This document shows, one piece after another, positions 1-7,656 of a stretch of DNA of 43,920 nucleotides. The position numbers and the translations under genes were made by a program. Location: IMG/VR virus record IMGVR_UViG_3300018073_000003, positions 1-43,920 of that record; one strand, written 5' to 3'. Below the pieces are notes generated by a model that worked only from the letters and a program-made list of their open reading frames with translations, did not search any database and was not told where the DNA came from. The DNA comes from a virus (Duplodnaviria; Caudoviricetes). Each line of letters begins with the position of its first letter. Positions within the stretch are counted from its first letter, which is position 1.

Positions 1-123
1 AATCGAGAGCCCGCGCTTGCCCTCGATGAAGCGGCGCCGCAGCGCGTGGCCCGGCGGGTAGGCCGATTCGAGCGAGCGGATGTAGAGGTCGCCGAGGTTG
101 TGGCGGTTGTCGTAGACCGACGT
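1..123. repeat. 123-bp direct terminal repeat (copy 1); circular assembly overlap
   Basis: 1-123 (aatcgagagc...gaccgacgt) is identical to 43798-43920; the TerL reading frame continues across it. Confidence 0.97.
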
Positions 124-711
124 GCGCAGGTAGAGGTGGCCCGCGTGCGTGTTGCTGACCGGGAACTCGCGGCTGAGCCAGTGCGTCTCGCCGGGCGGGT
201 TGGGCGTCAGTAGCACTTGATGCGGGAAGCCCGCCTGCGACAGCCGCGCGGGCACGTAGGCGCGGTAGACGTCCTCGGGCACCTCCTCGGTCTGGTCGAT
301 GCCCAGCACCGCCAGCGTGAGCCCGCTGAGCTTGGCGAAGCGCGACGTCTCCTCGCTGCTCTTGAGCGCCCGCAGATAGACGCGGGAGCCCTTGCCGACG
401 ACCTCGTCATACTCCTCGTCGCCGTGCCACCGCAGCGGCACGCCGTTTTGCTGGCACCAGTCGCGCCAGCGCGGCTTCAGCTGGGCGTCGAGCCCGTCCT
501 GCGTCCACCGCGTCAGCGCGCAGTGGATGCCCGGGTAGTCGATGCAGTAGCCCAACACCTTGGCCACCAGCGGCGTGGTCTTGCCCGCCCGCACGGCGCC
601 TTCGAGGTCGACGTAGGGGAACGCCTCCGCGTCGGCGCGCATGAAGCGCGTCTGCACGGCGTTCCAGTGGTGCCGCACGACGCGGCGGCCGTGCTCGATG
701 GTGACGGGCAC
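1..711 (-). CDS. terL: Terminase large subunit, N-terminal ATPase part (continues across the junction to 42997; ~503 aa in total)
   Basis: Manual translation from GTG 711 (RBS GAGGG): Walker A EGAVRAGKTT, Walker B-like VLGIDQTEE, motif III LLTPNPP; in frame with ORF 42997..43785. Missing from the ORF track because it runs off the window edge. Confidence 0.9.
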   Translation of the reverse strand, partial: MPVTIEHGRRVVRHHWNAVQTRFMRADAEAFPYVDLEGAVRAGKTTPLVAKVLGYCIDYPGIHCALTRWTQDGLDAQLKPRWRDWCQQNGVPLRWHGDEEYDEVVGKGSRVYLRALKSSEETSRFAKLSGLTLAVLGIDQTEEVPEDVYRAYVPARLSQAGFPHQVLLTPNPPGETHWLSREFPVSNTHAGHLYLRTSVYDNRHNLGDLYIRSLESAYPPGHALRRRFIEGKRGLSI

Positions 712-715
712 GCCG

Positions 716-940
716 TCAGCCCTCGGGCTCGTTGACCGCGATGGCGCTGTTGGCGTGCATCGACGCGAGGTGCACGGCGCGCAGGGCCAGCGTCTGCTCG
801 GGGCTCTGCGGCGTCAGTTCGGTGATGACATCCGCGTAGGCCCGGGCCGCCTGCCGCAGGCGCGCGTAGCGGTCGGGCTGCGTGCCGGTGGGCTTGTGGT
901 AGTTGAACAGCGCGTCGAGGTTGAGCAGGGGCGGCGGCAT
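716..940 (-). CDS. Acb2/Tad1-like helical-hairpin protein (putative nucleotide-signal sponge, anti-CBASS/Thoeris)
   Basis: 74 aa with FNYHKP..Q..RY..LR..A...A..I....P.S.E..LA......M.ANSAIA pattern typical of Acb2/Tad1 hairpin-domain proteins. Confidence 0.7.
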   Translation of the reverse strand: MPPPLLNLDALFNYHKPTGTQPDRYARLRQAARAYADVITELTPQSPEQTLALRAVHLASMHANSAIAVNEPEG

Positions 941-1104
941 CAGTCGACCTTCGGGTCGTCGGGCGCGGCAGCGTCGGGGTCGACGATGTCGTCGTTGACC
1001 TCATCGAAGGTGCTGGTCGGGCAGACGATGACCGTCTCCCCGGCGACGCCCTGCACCGCCTTGTGCTTGTCGGCGGGCTGAGCGCAGTTGATGCAATGAG
1101 CCAT
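940..1104 (-). CDS. Small CxxC/H protein with acidic tail (54 aa)
   Basis: ATG 1104 after GGAGG; MAHCINCAQPADKH...; stop overlaps the next start. Confidence 0.6.
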   Translation of the reverse strand: MAHCINCAQPADKHKAVQGVAGETVIVCPTSTFDEVNDDIVDPDAAAPDDPKVD

Positions 1105-1106
1105 CG

Positions 1107-1346
1107 TCAATCCTCCAGCGCAGCGTCGATGTGCTGATGCAGCTGCTGCGCGCGCCGCACCTCCTCGTCGCTCGGCCACGCGATGACGCCCAGCGTCAAC
1201 ACCCGGCTGAAGTAGGCCGCCGCGTCCATCAGCCGCTCGCCGCAGGCCAGCCACTCCATGATGCGCACGCGGCAGCCTTGGTCGTGGGCGTCGAGCACGC
1301 CGAAGTCGTGCGCCAGTTCAGCGGCCGTCGCCAACAACGGTCCCAT
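1107..1346 (-). CDS. Hypothetical protein
   Basis: 79-aa ORF tightly packed in the operon with protein-like composition. Confidence 0.6.
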   Translation of the reverse strand: MGPLLATAAELAHDFGVLDAHDQGCRVRIMEWLACGERLMDAAAYFSRVLTLGVIAWPSDEEVRRAQQLHQHIDAALED

Positions 1347-1755
1347 CGCGCACCGTCTCGGTGAACACGTTGACGATGGTCACGGGCAGCTGTTGAGTGT
1401 CGCCGCCCTCGACGCCTTCGACGCGACCCCAGCGCCGCAGCGCCAGCTGTTCGAGCGCCTGCAGGCGGTCGCGGCCGACCACCCGCACCGACTCGCCGAA
1501 GAACTGCTGCCGACTGCGGGCATTGCCCAGCGCGAGCACCGCGTAGGCTTGCACCACCCGCTGCGCGTTGTTGCCGCAGTAGCGGTCTATCAACGGCCAC
1601 AAGACCTCGTGCGGCCACGCCACTGCCGACGCGAACACATTCGGGACACGGGTCTGTCTGTCGTGGTGGCGAGGGCGCGGTTTCTTCTCAATCTTCGCGG
1701 GCTTGGTTTTCGCCAGCGCGGTGTCGCCGCCAGCTGCGGAGCGTCTCTTCGACAT
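1318..1755 (-). CDS. terS: Putative terminase small subunit
   Basis: Start MSKRR at 1755; basic N-terminus, helical core DRLQALEQLALRRWGRV and C-terminal beta-strand LPVTIVNVF; lies just upstream of terL. Confidence 0.5.
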   Translation of the reverse strand: MSKRRSAAGGDTALAKTKPAKIEKKPRPRHHDRQTRVPNVFASAVAWPHEVLWPLIDRYCGNNAQRVVQAYAVLALGNARSRQQFFGESVRVVGRDRLQALEQLALRRWGRVEGVEGGDTQQLPVTIVNVFTETVRDGTVVGDGR

Positions 1756-1903
1756 GACGAAGCACCCGGGTCTGGGCATGGGCGTCCTTGAAGCGGAGCA
1801 GGGCGCCCATGCTGAGAGTAAAGGCCCGCGTCTGGGGGTCACGCAGGGCGCGTCGGAGGTCGTTGGCTTCCTGCCGGTGGCTCACCTCGACCTTGCACTT
1901 CAT
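1688..1903 (-). CDS. Hypothetical protein
   Basis: 71-aa ORF, plausible composition; overlaps both neighbours. Confidence 0.4.
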   Translation of the reverse strand: MKCKVEVSHRQEANDLRRALRDPQTRAFTLSMGALLRFKDAHAQTRVLRHVEETLRSWRRHRAGENQARED

Positions 1904-2030
1904 GGTGCACCAGTCGGCCGCTGGGCGCGAGGCTGGCCCCGCTACTGGGCGTGGGGCCTTGGGCGAACACGGTGCGGCCGTAGACGGTGGCCAGCAGCAA
2001 CGGGATGCTGACCACCTCCCGGCGGTCCAT
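1839..2030 (-). CDS. Small exported peptide with twin-arginine-like leader
   Basis: MDRREVVSIPLLLATVYGRTVFAQ (RR, hydrophobic stretch, VFA cleavage-like site); start overlaps the PEP-CTERM gene stop (TAATG). Confidence 0.4.
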   Translation of the reverse strand: MDRREVVSIPLLLATVYGRTVFAQGPTPSSGASLAPSGRLVHHEVQGRGEPPAGSQRPPTRPA

Positions 2031-2698
2031 TACCGCTGCAGGCGCTTACGGGCGCGCGCCGCGAAGCCCACCAGCCCGGTGCCCAGCAGGATGAGCGTGG
2101 CGGGCTCGGGCACCGGCTCCACCTGCTCGACGGTCGCATCAGCGGTGCCGGTGAAGCTGGCGGTGAAGCTGTTGATGCTGCCATTCACGATGGAGAACAC
2201 CGGCACGACGTTGCTCAGCGAGAGGCTGAACGACTCCGGGTCGATGAGGGTGACCGGCAGGTCGGTGAACAAGTCCAGCGGCGACAGCGCGGCGGTGTTC
2301 GCGGTGAACAGCGCGCCGGTGCCGCCCGCGCCACCCAGCGCCAGCGCGCCGCCGAAGGTGCCGCTGAGATAGCTGAACGTCCCGGCCGCGTTGGTGAGAT
2401 TGAAGGTGCCCTCGTAGTGCTGCGTGATGATCACACCGCCCAGCAACGTGGCCGCGTCGAGGCTCTCGGCCTCGAACGTGAACAGCGCGTTGGGGTCGGT
2501 CGCGCCGCTGATGATGTTGGTGACGCTGACGCCGGTGGTCACGTCCAGCGACGTGGTGCCGTCGCCGTTGTTGGTCGAGATGAACGTGTTGATGGAGCCC
2601 AGCTGTCCGAAGCCGACAATCTGGTCAGCGTGCGCGAGCGTGGGGAGCAGCAGCAAAGCGACGGCGACGGCGATGCGGGTCAGTCGGGCAGGCAGCAT
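2030..2698 (-). CDS. PEP-CTERM sorting-domain surface protein
   Basis: Sec signal peptide ending AHA-D; S/T/G/N/F-rich body; C-terminal VPEPATLILLGTGLVGFAARARKRLQR; strong RBS GAGGAGG. Confidence 0.9.
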   Translation of the reverse strand: MLPARLTRIAVAVALLLLPTLAHADQIVGFGQLGSINTFISTNNGDGTTSLDVTTGVSVTNIISGATDPNALFTFEAESLDAATLLGGVIITQHYEGTFNLTNAAGTFSYLSGTFGGALALGGAGGTGALFTANTAALSPLDLFTDLPVTLIDPESFSLSLSNVVPVFSIVNGSINSFTASFTGTADATVEQVEPVPEPATLILLGTGLVGFAARARKRLQR

Positions 2699-2729
2699 AA
2701 AACCTCCTCAAGGTCAGCGGGAGTTTACA

Positions 2730-2975
2730 TCACTCGGTGGCCAGCGCTGACTTGCGACGGCTCTTGGGCTTGGCGACCAGCACCACCCAGAAGCTGGTGC
2801 CGCTGAGCGCCGCAAACGCCTTGCTGACGTCGGCCACGGCCTCGGGGCTGATGGCAAAGCGCATCGTGCCGTCGCCGTCGCGGGTCTGGGTCAGCGCGTT
2901 GCCGGTGTCGGGCAGGGACGCTTCGACGGCGAGCAGGGTGTGGTCGGGGTCAACAACCGGGGGTGGTTTGGCCAT
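2730..2975 (-). CDS. Hypothetical protein
   Basis: 81-aa ORF in the operon. Confidence 0.55.
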   Translation of the reverse strand: MAKPPPVVDPDHTLLAVEASLPDTGNALTQTRDGDGTMRFAISPEAVADVSKAFAALSGTSFWVVLVAKPKSRRKSALATE

Positions 2976-3409
2976 AGGGGCAACAGTTCAAACTGGCTGA
3001 CGGGGACGTGGTGGCACAACTCGCGGGCGCCGGGGCCGCGCGTGTAGTTGCCGACCAACTCGAAGTCGCGCGCCTCGGCCTTCCACAGCGGAATCCAGCC
3101 CAGCGCGTCCTCCCACTCGACCACAAAGCGCGCGTCGAGGCGCCAGTCGAGGTCGAAGGCGTCGGCGAACTTCTGCAGCGCGCGCACCTTGCGCTTGCTG
3201 ACGTAGACGGTCGGGAACTTGGCGCGCAGGCACTTGCGGCGCTTGTGTTCGATGACCGCGACGGCGACGCGGTTGAACACGTCCTCGGCATACCAGTCGA
3301 CCCGGTTCAGTTCGGGCAGGTGGTGCATCTTCCAGCCCCACAACGTGCCGAGGTAGTCGCCCAGTGCGCGCTCGCGCGCTTGGTCAGCGGGGGATTGAAA
3401 CAGCGGCAT
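2891..3409 (-). CDS. PD-(D/E)XK-family nuclease-like protein
   Basis: RVDW...VAVIEHKRR motif followed by FPTVYVSKRK and FVVEWED, as in small phage restriction-endonuclease-fold proteins. Confidence 0.6.
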   Translation of the reverse strand: MPLFQSPADQARERALGDYLGTLWGWKMHHLPELNRVDWYAEDVFNRVAVAVIEHKRRKCLRAKFPTVYVSKRKVRALQKFADAFDLDWRLDARFVVEWEDALGWIPLWKAEARDFELVGNYTRGPGARELCHHVPVSQFELLPLWPNHPRLLTPTTPCSPSKRPCPTPATR

Positions 3410-3803
3410 CGGCCCACCCTCGTTCTTCACTCACGTCAATGGTCACGCGCGGCGTCGGGCCGTAGACCTTCACCGCGACCAGCTGCGCCACCTGCGCGTC
3501 GTCGACCCAGACGATGCCGGTCAGCGCGTCGAGCACCGCGCGCGCCAGCTTGTCGAGGTCGGGCGGCCGCGTCGCCGGCTTGCTGGCGTCACCGGGCAGC
3601 GTGAAGTGCAGGTAGACCACCAGCGGGCCGGTCAGCGGCTGCGTCCGCATCGCCGCCTTGGCGGTCCAGCCGATGGTCTTGCGCCAGTTGCTCAGCTTGC
3701 CCCCGCCCGCGTGGTGCACCTTCCCCGCTGCGCTGGCCACCATCGAGCCCTGCGCCTGCGCGATCCCCTCCACCACGAGGTTCACCACGTCTTGCTGCGG
3801 CAT
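3384..3803 (-). CDS. rusA: RusA-family Holliday junction resolvase
   Basis: PPDLDKLARAVLDALTGIVWVDDAQV signature; RBS AAGGAG. Confidence 0.9.
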   Translation of the reverse strand: MPQQDVVNLVVEGIAQAQGSMVASAAGKVHHAGGGKLSNWRKTIGWTAKAAMRTQPLTGPLVVYLHFTLPGDASKPATRPPDLDKLARAVLDALTGIVWVDDAQVAQLVAVKVYGPTPRVTIDVSEERGWADAAVSIPR

Positions 3804-4422
3804 CCGCACGCTCCTTGTGCCAGCGCGCCGACCGTCGGGCGCGGGCGTCTTGGCTGCCCATCCGCTGGCGGCAGAGGCGATACCCGGCCTCGAACGCCTC
3901 GCTGGCCGTCATCCGCTGGATCGCCTTGCGCCGCACGTCGAGCACCGCTTCGAGCCAGTGCCAGCGCCGGAACTCGGCGGTGCACTTACGGCTGCAGGTC
4001 GACGGCAGGCGGCACTGAAAGCGGCGACGGATGAGCTTCTCACAGACCACGCACGGCCGCGTGTGCCAATGCGCCGGGTCAGCGTTGCGCTGGCGCACCT
4101 TGAGGCGGCGCCACTTGACCGCGCAGGTGCGGCTGCAGGTCAGCCACCGGGCGCGCCGGTGGAACTCGCAGCCCGGCATCGAACACAGCGGCCGCGCCTC
4201 GGCCAGCCGGTAGCCCAGCAGTAGGCCCTTGCAGACGTTGCCGCAGGTCAGACGCACGCCGCGCCCACTGCGCTCCACGATGACCCACAGCCCGCACAGC
4301 GGGCACCAGAACCAGCGCTTGCGCCCGGGCAGCACCTCGTCGGGGGCGGCAGGGCGGCGGCTGGCCATCGTGCGCCGGATGACCGCCGGGTAAGCCGAGG
4401 GCGGCGCGTCGACCGAGATCAT
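3589..4422 (-). CDS. Multi-zinc-finger (CxxC...TCSxxC repeats) basic protein
   Basis: ATG 4422 coupled (ATGA) to the upstream stop; three modules CPLC..TCGNVC, CSMPGC..TCSRTC, CVVC..TCSRKC; 3' end overlaps rusA. Confidence 0.6.
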   Translation of the reverse strand: MISVDAPPSAYPAVIRRTMASRRPAAPDEVLPGRKRWFWCPLCGLWVIVERSGRGVRLTCGNVCKGLLLGYRLAEARPLCSMPGCEFHRRARWLTCSRTCAVKWRRLKVRQRNADPAHWHTRPCVVCEKLIRRRFQCRLPSTCSRKCTAEFRRWHWLEAVLDVRRKAIQRMTASEAFEAGYRLCRQRMGSQDARARRSARWHKERADAAARRGEPRGGGDRAGAGLDGGQRSGEGAPRGRGQAEQLAQDHRLDRQGGDADAAADRPAGGLPALHAAR

Positions 4423-4850
4423 GCGTCGCGCCGCTGCCGGTTGCTGGCCACGATCTTGTCGATGCAGTCGCGCCAGTTGCCGCAGCCCGGCGTGTGCGGG
4501 CAGCCGCGCGCGCTGTTCTTGCGGACCCGGTGCGCGACCTCCAACTCGGCGGTGGTCGGCGGCAGCGTCGTGTAGGCGTCGGGCTCGTCGTCGAAGCGCC
4601 GATTGTTGAGGTAGGTGGTCGGGTGGGGGATCCAGCGCGGGTGCTCGGTCCACTGGCTGCTGGCGGCCTGCAGCGGCAGGATGTAGCGCAGGCGCGCCCA
4701 CTGCTGCCACGTCAGCTGGAGGCGCTCGAACGCCTCGCGCGCTTTGGCTTTGCCCGTGCGGCGCACCGCCGGGTAGAGGTTCCAGAAAATGTCGAAGCGA
4801 TCATCGCAGCTGCGCTCGGGCGCGCCCTCGAACAAACCCGGCTGATTCAT
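4419..4850 (-). CDS. Phage replication-initiator C-terminal-like (helicase loader-interacting) protein
   Basis: FDIFWNLYP...GKAKAREAF...WIPHPTTYLNNRRFDDE pattern common in phage replisome organiser C-termini. Confidence 0.7.
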   Translation of the reverse strand: MNQPGLFEGAPERSCDDRFDIFWNLYPAVRRTGKAKAREAFERLQLTWQQWARLRYILPLQAASSQWTEHPRWIPHPTTYLNNRRFDDEPDAYTTLPPTTAELEVAHRVRKNSARGCPHTPGCGNWRDCIDKIVASNRQRRDA

Positions 4851-5297
4851 CACGTCCCCCTCGAAGTACACACGACCCCTATTCCTAGCCTCTGATCTTC
4901 ACAGAGGCCGGTCACCAACCCACGCTCGAACGCCTGCAGCCCTAGCCCCCGGCAGCTTCTAACATCAGCCACCGGATCTTCTTCACCGCAGTTGAGGCGC
5001 GCACCGGGTCGACGGGGATGTAGCCCGTAGAGGCATTGGCGCGGGTCGTCGTGTCGTAGACGTTGCCCGCTTCAGCTTGCGCCCGACAATCGAGTGTCCT
5101 GCAGCGCCTCGCTGGCGCGTGTAGCTCGGCAGGTCAACGAGCAATCGGCGGCACCACATCGTGCGTGAGCCCCGGTGTCGGACCCGAGAGGTTGTGTGTG
5201 AGTGGGGTTGCGAAAAGGATGGACCGTGCGCTAGGATACGTCTGGTCGCGCTAGCTGACGGTGTGTGTCCCCACACTTTCACGCTTTCTCGGATCTG

Positions 5298-5336
5298 CGC
5301 CGCCGTGACTACCAGCCACGGCGGCGTTTTGTTTGT
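5298..5336 (+). terminator. Hairpin plus T-tract (rho-independent terminator-like, opposite to the operon)
   Basis: cgccgccgtgact-acc-agccacggcggcg followed by ttttgtttgt. Confidence 0.5.
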
Positions 5337-5344
5337 ACTCGCAA

Positions 5345-5707
5345 TCAGCCGCTCGACGCAACCTTCTCGTCGTCGGCGCCGACCAAGCGGTAGCCCAGAC
5401 TCGGCAGCGACAGCCCGTCGTGGCTGATCTCCAGCGACAGCGCGATGTTGGCGAGGATGTCGGACGCCAACGCGTTGTTCATCGGCACCTCCTCCTTCGG
5501 CATCGTGTTGTCGGCCTGCCGGTTGTTGCCCCACTCTTCGACCCGCATCCACTTGCGGTGCCGCTTGCTCGGCAGCATCTCGCGCGCGTAGCCGCGCAGC
5601 GTCAGCACGCCGCCGCTGAGCGTAAAGCGCCACGACTCGCGCACGCAGCCGCTGGTGCCCGCGTGCTGCTGCACGGTCACCTCAGACATCGACCAGCGCA
5701 CTCTCAT
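5345..5707 (-). CDS. Hypothetical protein
   Basis: ATG 5707 overlaps the upstream TGA; MRVRWSMSEV... 120 aa. Confidence 0.6.
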   Translation of the reverse strand: MRVRWSMSEVTVQQHAGTSGCVRESWRFTLSGGVLTLRGYAREMLPSKRHRKWMRVEEWGNNRQADNTMPKEEVPMNNALASDILANIALSLEISHDGLSLPSLGYRLVGADDEKVASSG

Positions 5708-6087
5708 ATCGTCCCCCCGCGTCGGAAGTCGGGCACCACGTCGCGGTCGAGGCAGCACCAGAGGTGCAGGCAGCGCGGGTGGTCGTTCACATACTCGGCC
5801 TCGCGCGGCATCACCTGCACGGCGACGCGGTCGGGCCCGATGAGCCAGTCCTTCACCTGCTTCAACTCCTCCCACGTCGGCATCCGGTCGCGCTGCGACA
5901 CCGAGAGGTGCACCCAGCGCTGCCCGTCGGCCTCGCGGTCGACCGTGAGGATGACCGTCAGCTTGCGCTGCCCGTGGCGCCATGTGTTGGCGCCCAACTC
6001 GGTGCACTGCCACCCGGCGGGCAGGACGTGCGGCGTCCACGCATCGGTGAGCACCTTGCCCTCGGGGCTCATCTGCGGGAGGTTCAT
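5704..6087 (-). CDS. Conserved phage protein (DUF7694-like)
   Basis: WVHLSVS..DRMPTWEEL..VKD..IG.D..AVQV.P...EYVN.HP.CLHLW motif. Confidence 0.75.
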   Translation of the reverse strand: MNLPQMSPEGKVLTDAWTPHVLPAGWQCTELGANTWRHGQRKLTVILTVDREADGQRWVHLSVSQRDRMPTWEELKQVKDWLIGPDRVAVQVMPREAEYVNDHPRCLHLWCCLDRDVVPDFRRGGTI

Positions 6088-6791
6088 CGCGCCCCCCGCG
6101 TCGACCGCACCACCGGCGCCTTGGGCACGCGCCGCACGCCGGGGATGTCGAAGCTCTCGCCCAACTGCTTGACCAGCGCGTCGAGCCCGGCTTGATTGGG
6201 CCCGATCAGCAACGCGAGCAGGTTGGGGTGCCCGACCGCATACTCAGCCAGCACGCGCAGGTCGGTCAGTTCAGCGGCGTAGCTGACGCTGACCGCGACG
6301 CCCTTGCTCGCGGACGCGGTGCGCTTCACCGACGTCGTCGGCGCCACGAAGGTGTCGAGCGGCATCGCGCGGATGTCCTCGGCCTGCTGCGGGCTGATGA
6401 CCGCTGCGGCCTGCGCTTCGGCTTCTCGCCGCTCGGCCGCCTCGCGCGCCTGCGCATCGACCAGCGCCCAGCGCTCGCGCTCTTCGGCCTGCCGACGCGC
6501 CATCTCGTAGTCGCCGATCTTGCCGTCGATGATCCCCAGCGCCGCACGCGGCCCCGCGTTGCGCGCGTTCAGTTCCGCGCACAGCCCCTTGTGCAGCGCG
6601 TTGGCGCGTTGGATGTGCGGACGGAAGGCCGACTCGATCTCGGCAATCAACGCCTTGACGCCCTCGCGCACCTCGATGGCCAGCCCCATCGTCTCGGGCC
6701 CGCTGATGTCAAGCGCCTGCGCGTCGACCAGCACGTCCGCTTCGCCCTGCACGGGCGGCACCACCACCAACTCTGTCGTCGCCTCGGTCAT
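6084..6791 (-). CDS. Coiled-coil recombination-module protein (Gam/Gp157-like)
   Basis: Long helical coiled coil with C-terminal IPGVR motif; next to ERF and the exonuclease. Confidence 0.55.
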   Translation of the reverse strand: MTEATTELVVVPPVQGEADVLVDAQALDISGPETMGLAIEVREGVKALIAEIESAFRPHIQRANALHKGLCAELNARNAGPRAALGIIDGKIGDYEMARRQAEERERWALVDAQAREAAERREAEAQAAAVISPQQAEDIRAMPLDTFVAPTTSVKRTASASKGVAVSVSYAAELTDLRVLAEYAVGHPNLLALLIGPNQAGLDALVKQLGESFDIPGVRRVPKAPVVRSTRGAR

Positions 6792-6807
6792 TACCTGCTC
6801 CCTCGGT
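6783..6807. repeat. 25-bp direct repeat, copy 1 (ctcggtcattacctgctccctcggt)
   Basis: Identical to 7031-7055. Confidence 0.9.
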
Positions 6808-7039
6808 TGTCGTGCTGCTCGTCGCGCTGCAGCTGCCCTTCCAGTATCTCGATGATGCGTTCGCGTGCGGCCAACTCCAGCCGGGCCTGCGCGAGATCGG
6901 CGGTGAGGGAGGCGAACCCGGCTTCAATCAGATCCGCCACATTGGAATTGTCATACTCGTAGTTGCCGTATCGGTCGAACGTCATCGCCGCAATCTCGCC
7001 AGCGATCCGCTCCGCGATCTGCCGGGCCGTCTCGGTCAT
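6791..7039 (-). CDS. Hypothetical coiled-coil protein flanked by direct repeats
   Basis: 82-aa ORF, more AT-rich than its neighbours. Confidence 0.7.
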   Translation of the reverse strand: MTETARQIAERIAGEIAAMTFDRYGNYEYDNSNVADLIEAGFASLTADLAQARLELAARERIIEILEGQLQRDEQHDNRGSR

Positions 7040-7055
7040 TACCTGCTCCCTCGGT
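7031..7055. repeat. 25-bp direct repeat, copy 2
   Basis: Identical to 6783-6807. Confidence 0.9.
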
Positions 7056-7656
7056 ATTCCTCCTGCAGCTGCGCGACGCGCAGGCAGGCGCGAAAGTCGA
7101 ACCAGTCACTCGGATCGCGATACCACTGGACGCGCGGCTCCCCATTGGCCTGCAGCCGCACGCCGTAGCGGTCGTGTGTCTCGGCAAACGGCGCGGCGTA
7201 GGCCGCCAGCTGCAGGCCGCACCAGCGCGGCATGTGGCCGGTCTTGAGGTCGACCACCGCCGGGCGCTCGCGCCCGCGCAGCTGCACCCGCAGGTCGAGC
7301 CAGCCGCCGTAGCTGCCGCCGTCGACCATCTCCTCGCAGCCCAGCACCTCGACGCCGTGCGTGCGCATCCACAGCTGCGCCGCCTCGAAGTAGGGCACGT
7401 CGTCGGGCTCCAGTGTGGCCAGCGCCGCGTCCTCGCTCTCCTGCGTCAGCAGGAACATCGCGAGATGCACGCGCGTGCCCCGGTCGCGGGCCCAGTCAGA
7501 GCGCGTGCTGAAGTCGTTGACCAGCCCGGCGGCCTTGAGCACCTGCGTGACCGACGGCACCACGACGCCGCCGCGCGTGAAGGTGTGCGTCGCTTCGTCG
7601 AACAGTAGCGGCAGTGTGTCCTCGCTCACGACCGCTCCTTGGTGCCGCGACGCCAC
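7039..7656 (-). CDS. PD-(D/E)XK exonuclease (RecB/Cas4-like phage family)
   Basis: FDEATHTF..PSVTQVL..RGTRVH..GGWLDL..VVDLKTG..LQLAAYA; true start may be the GTG of VSEDT. Confidence 0.85.
   Translation of the reverse strand: MASRHQGAVVSEDTLPLLFDEATHTFTRGGVVVPSVTQVLKAAGLVNDFSTRSDWARDRGTRVHLAMFLLTQESEDAALATLEPDDVPYFEAAQLWMRTHGVEVLGCEEMVDGGSYGGWLDLRVQLRGRERPAVVDLKTGHMPRWCGLQLAAYAAPFAETHDRYGVRLQANGEPRVQWYRDPSDWFDFRACLRVAQLQEEYRGSR

Noticed and set aside
1-123. Terminal repeat as a biological DTR (T7-like ends)
   Set aside because: It falls in the middle of terL, so it is better explained as assembler overlap of a circular or permuted genome
1318-3809. Alternative genetic code suggested by several long gene overlaps
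   Set aside because: All three stop codons terminate well-supported genes and coding density under the standard code is high
4872-5344. tRNA or tmRNA gene in the large gap
   Set aside because: I could not find a cloverleaf with a T-loop GTTCRA and matching acceptor stem by eye
7039-7656. Cas4 / CRISPR-related nuclease
   Set aside because: No Fe-S cysteine cluster; sits with ERF as an ordinary recombination exonuclease
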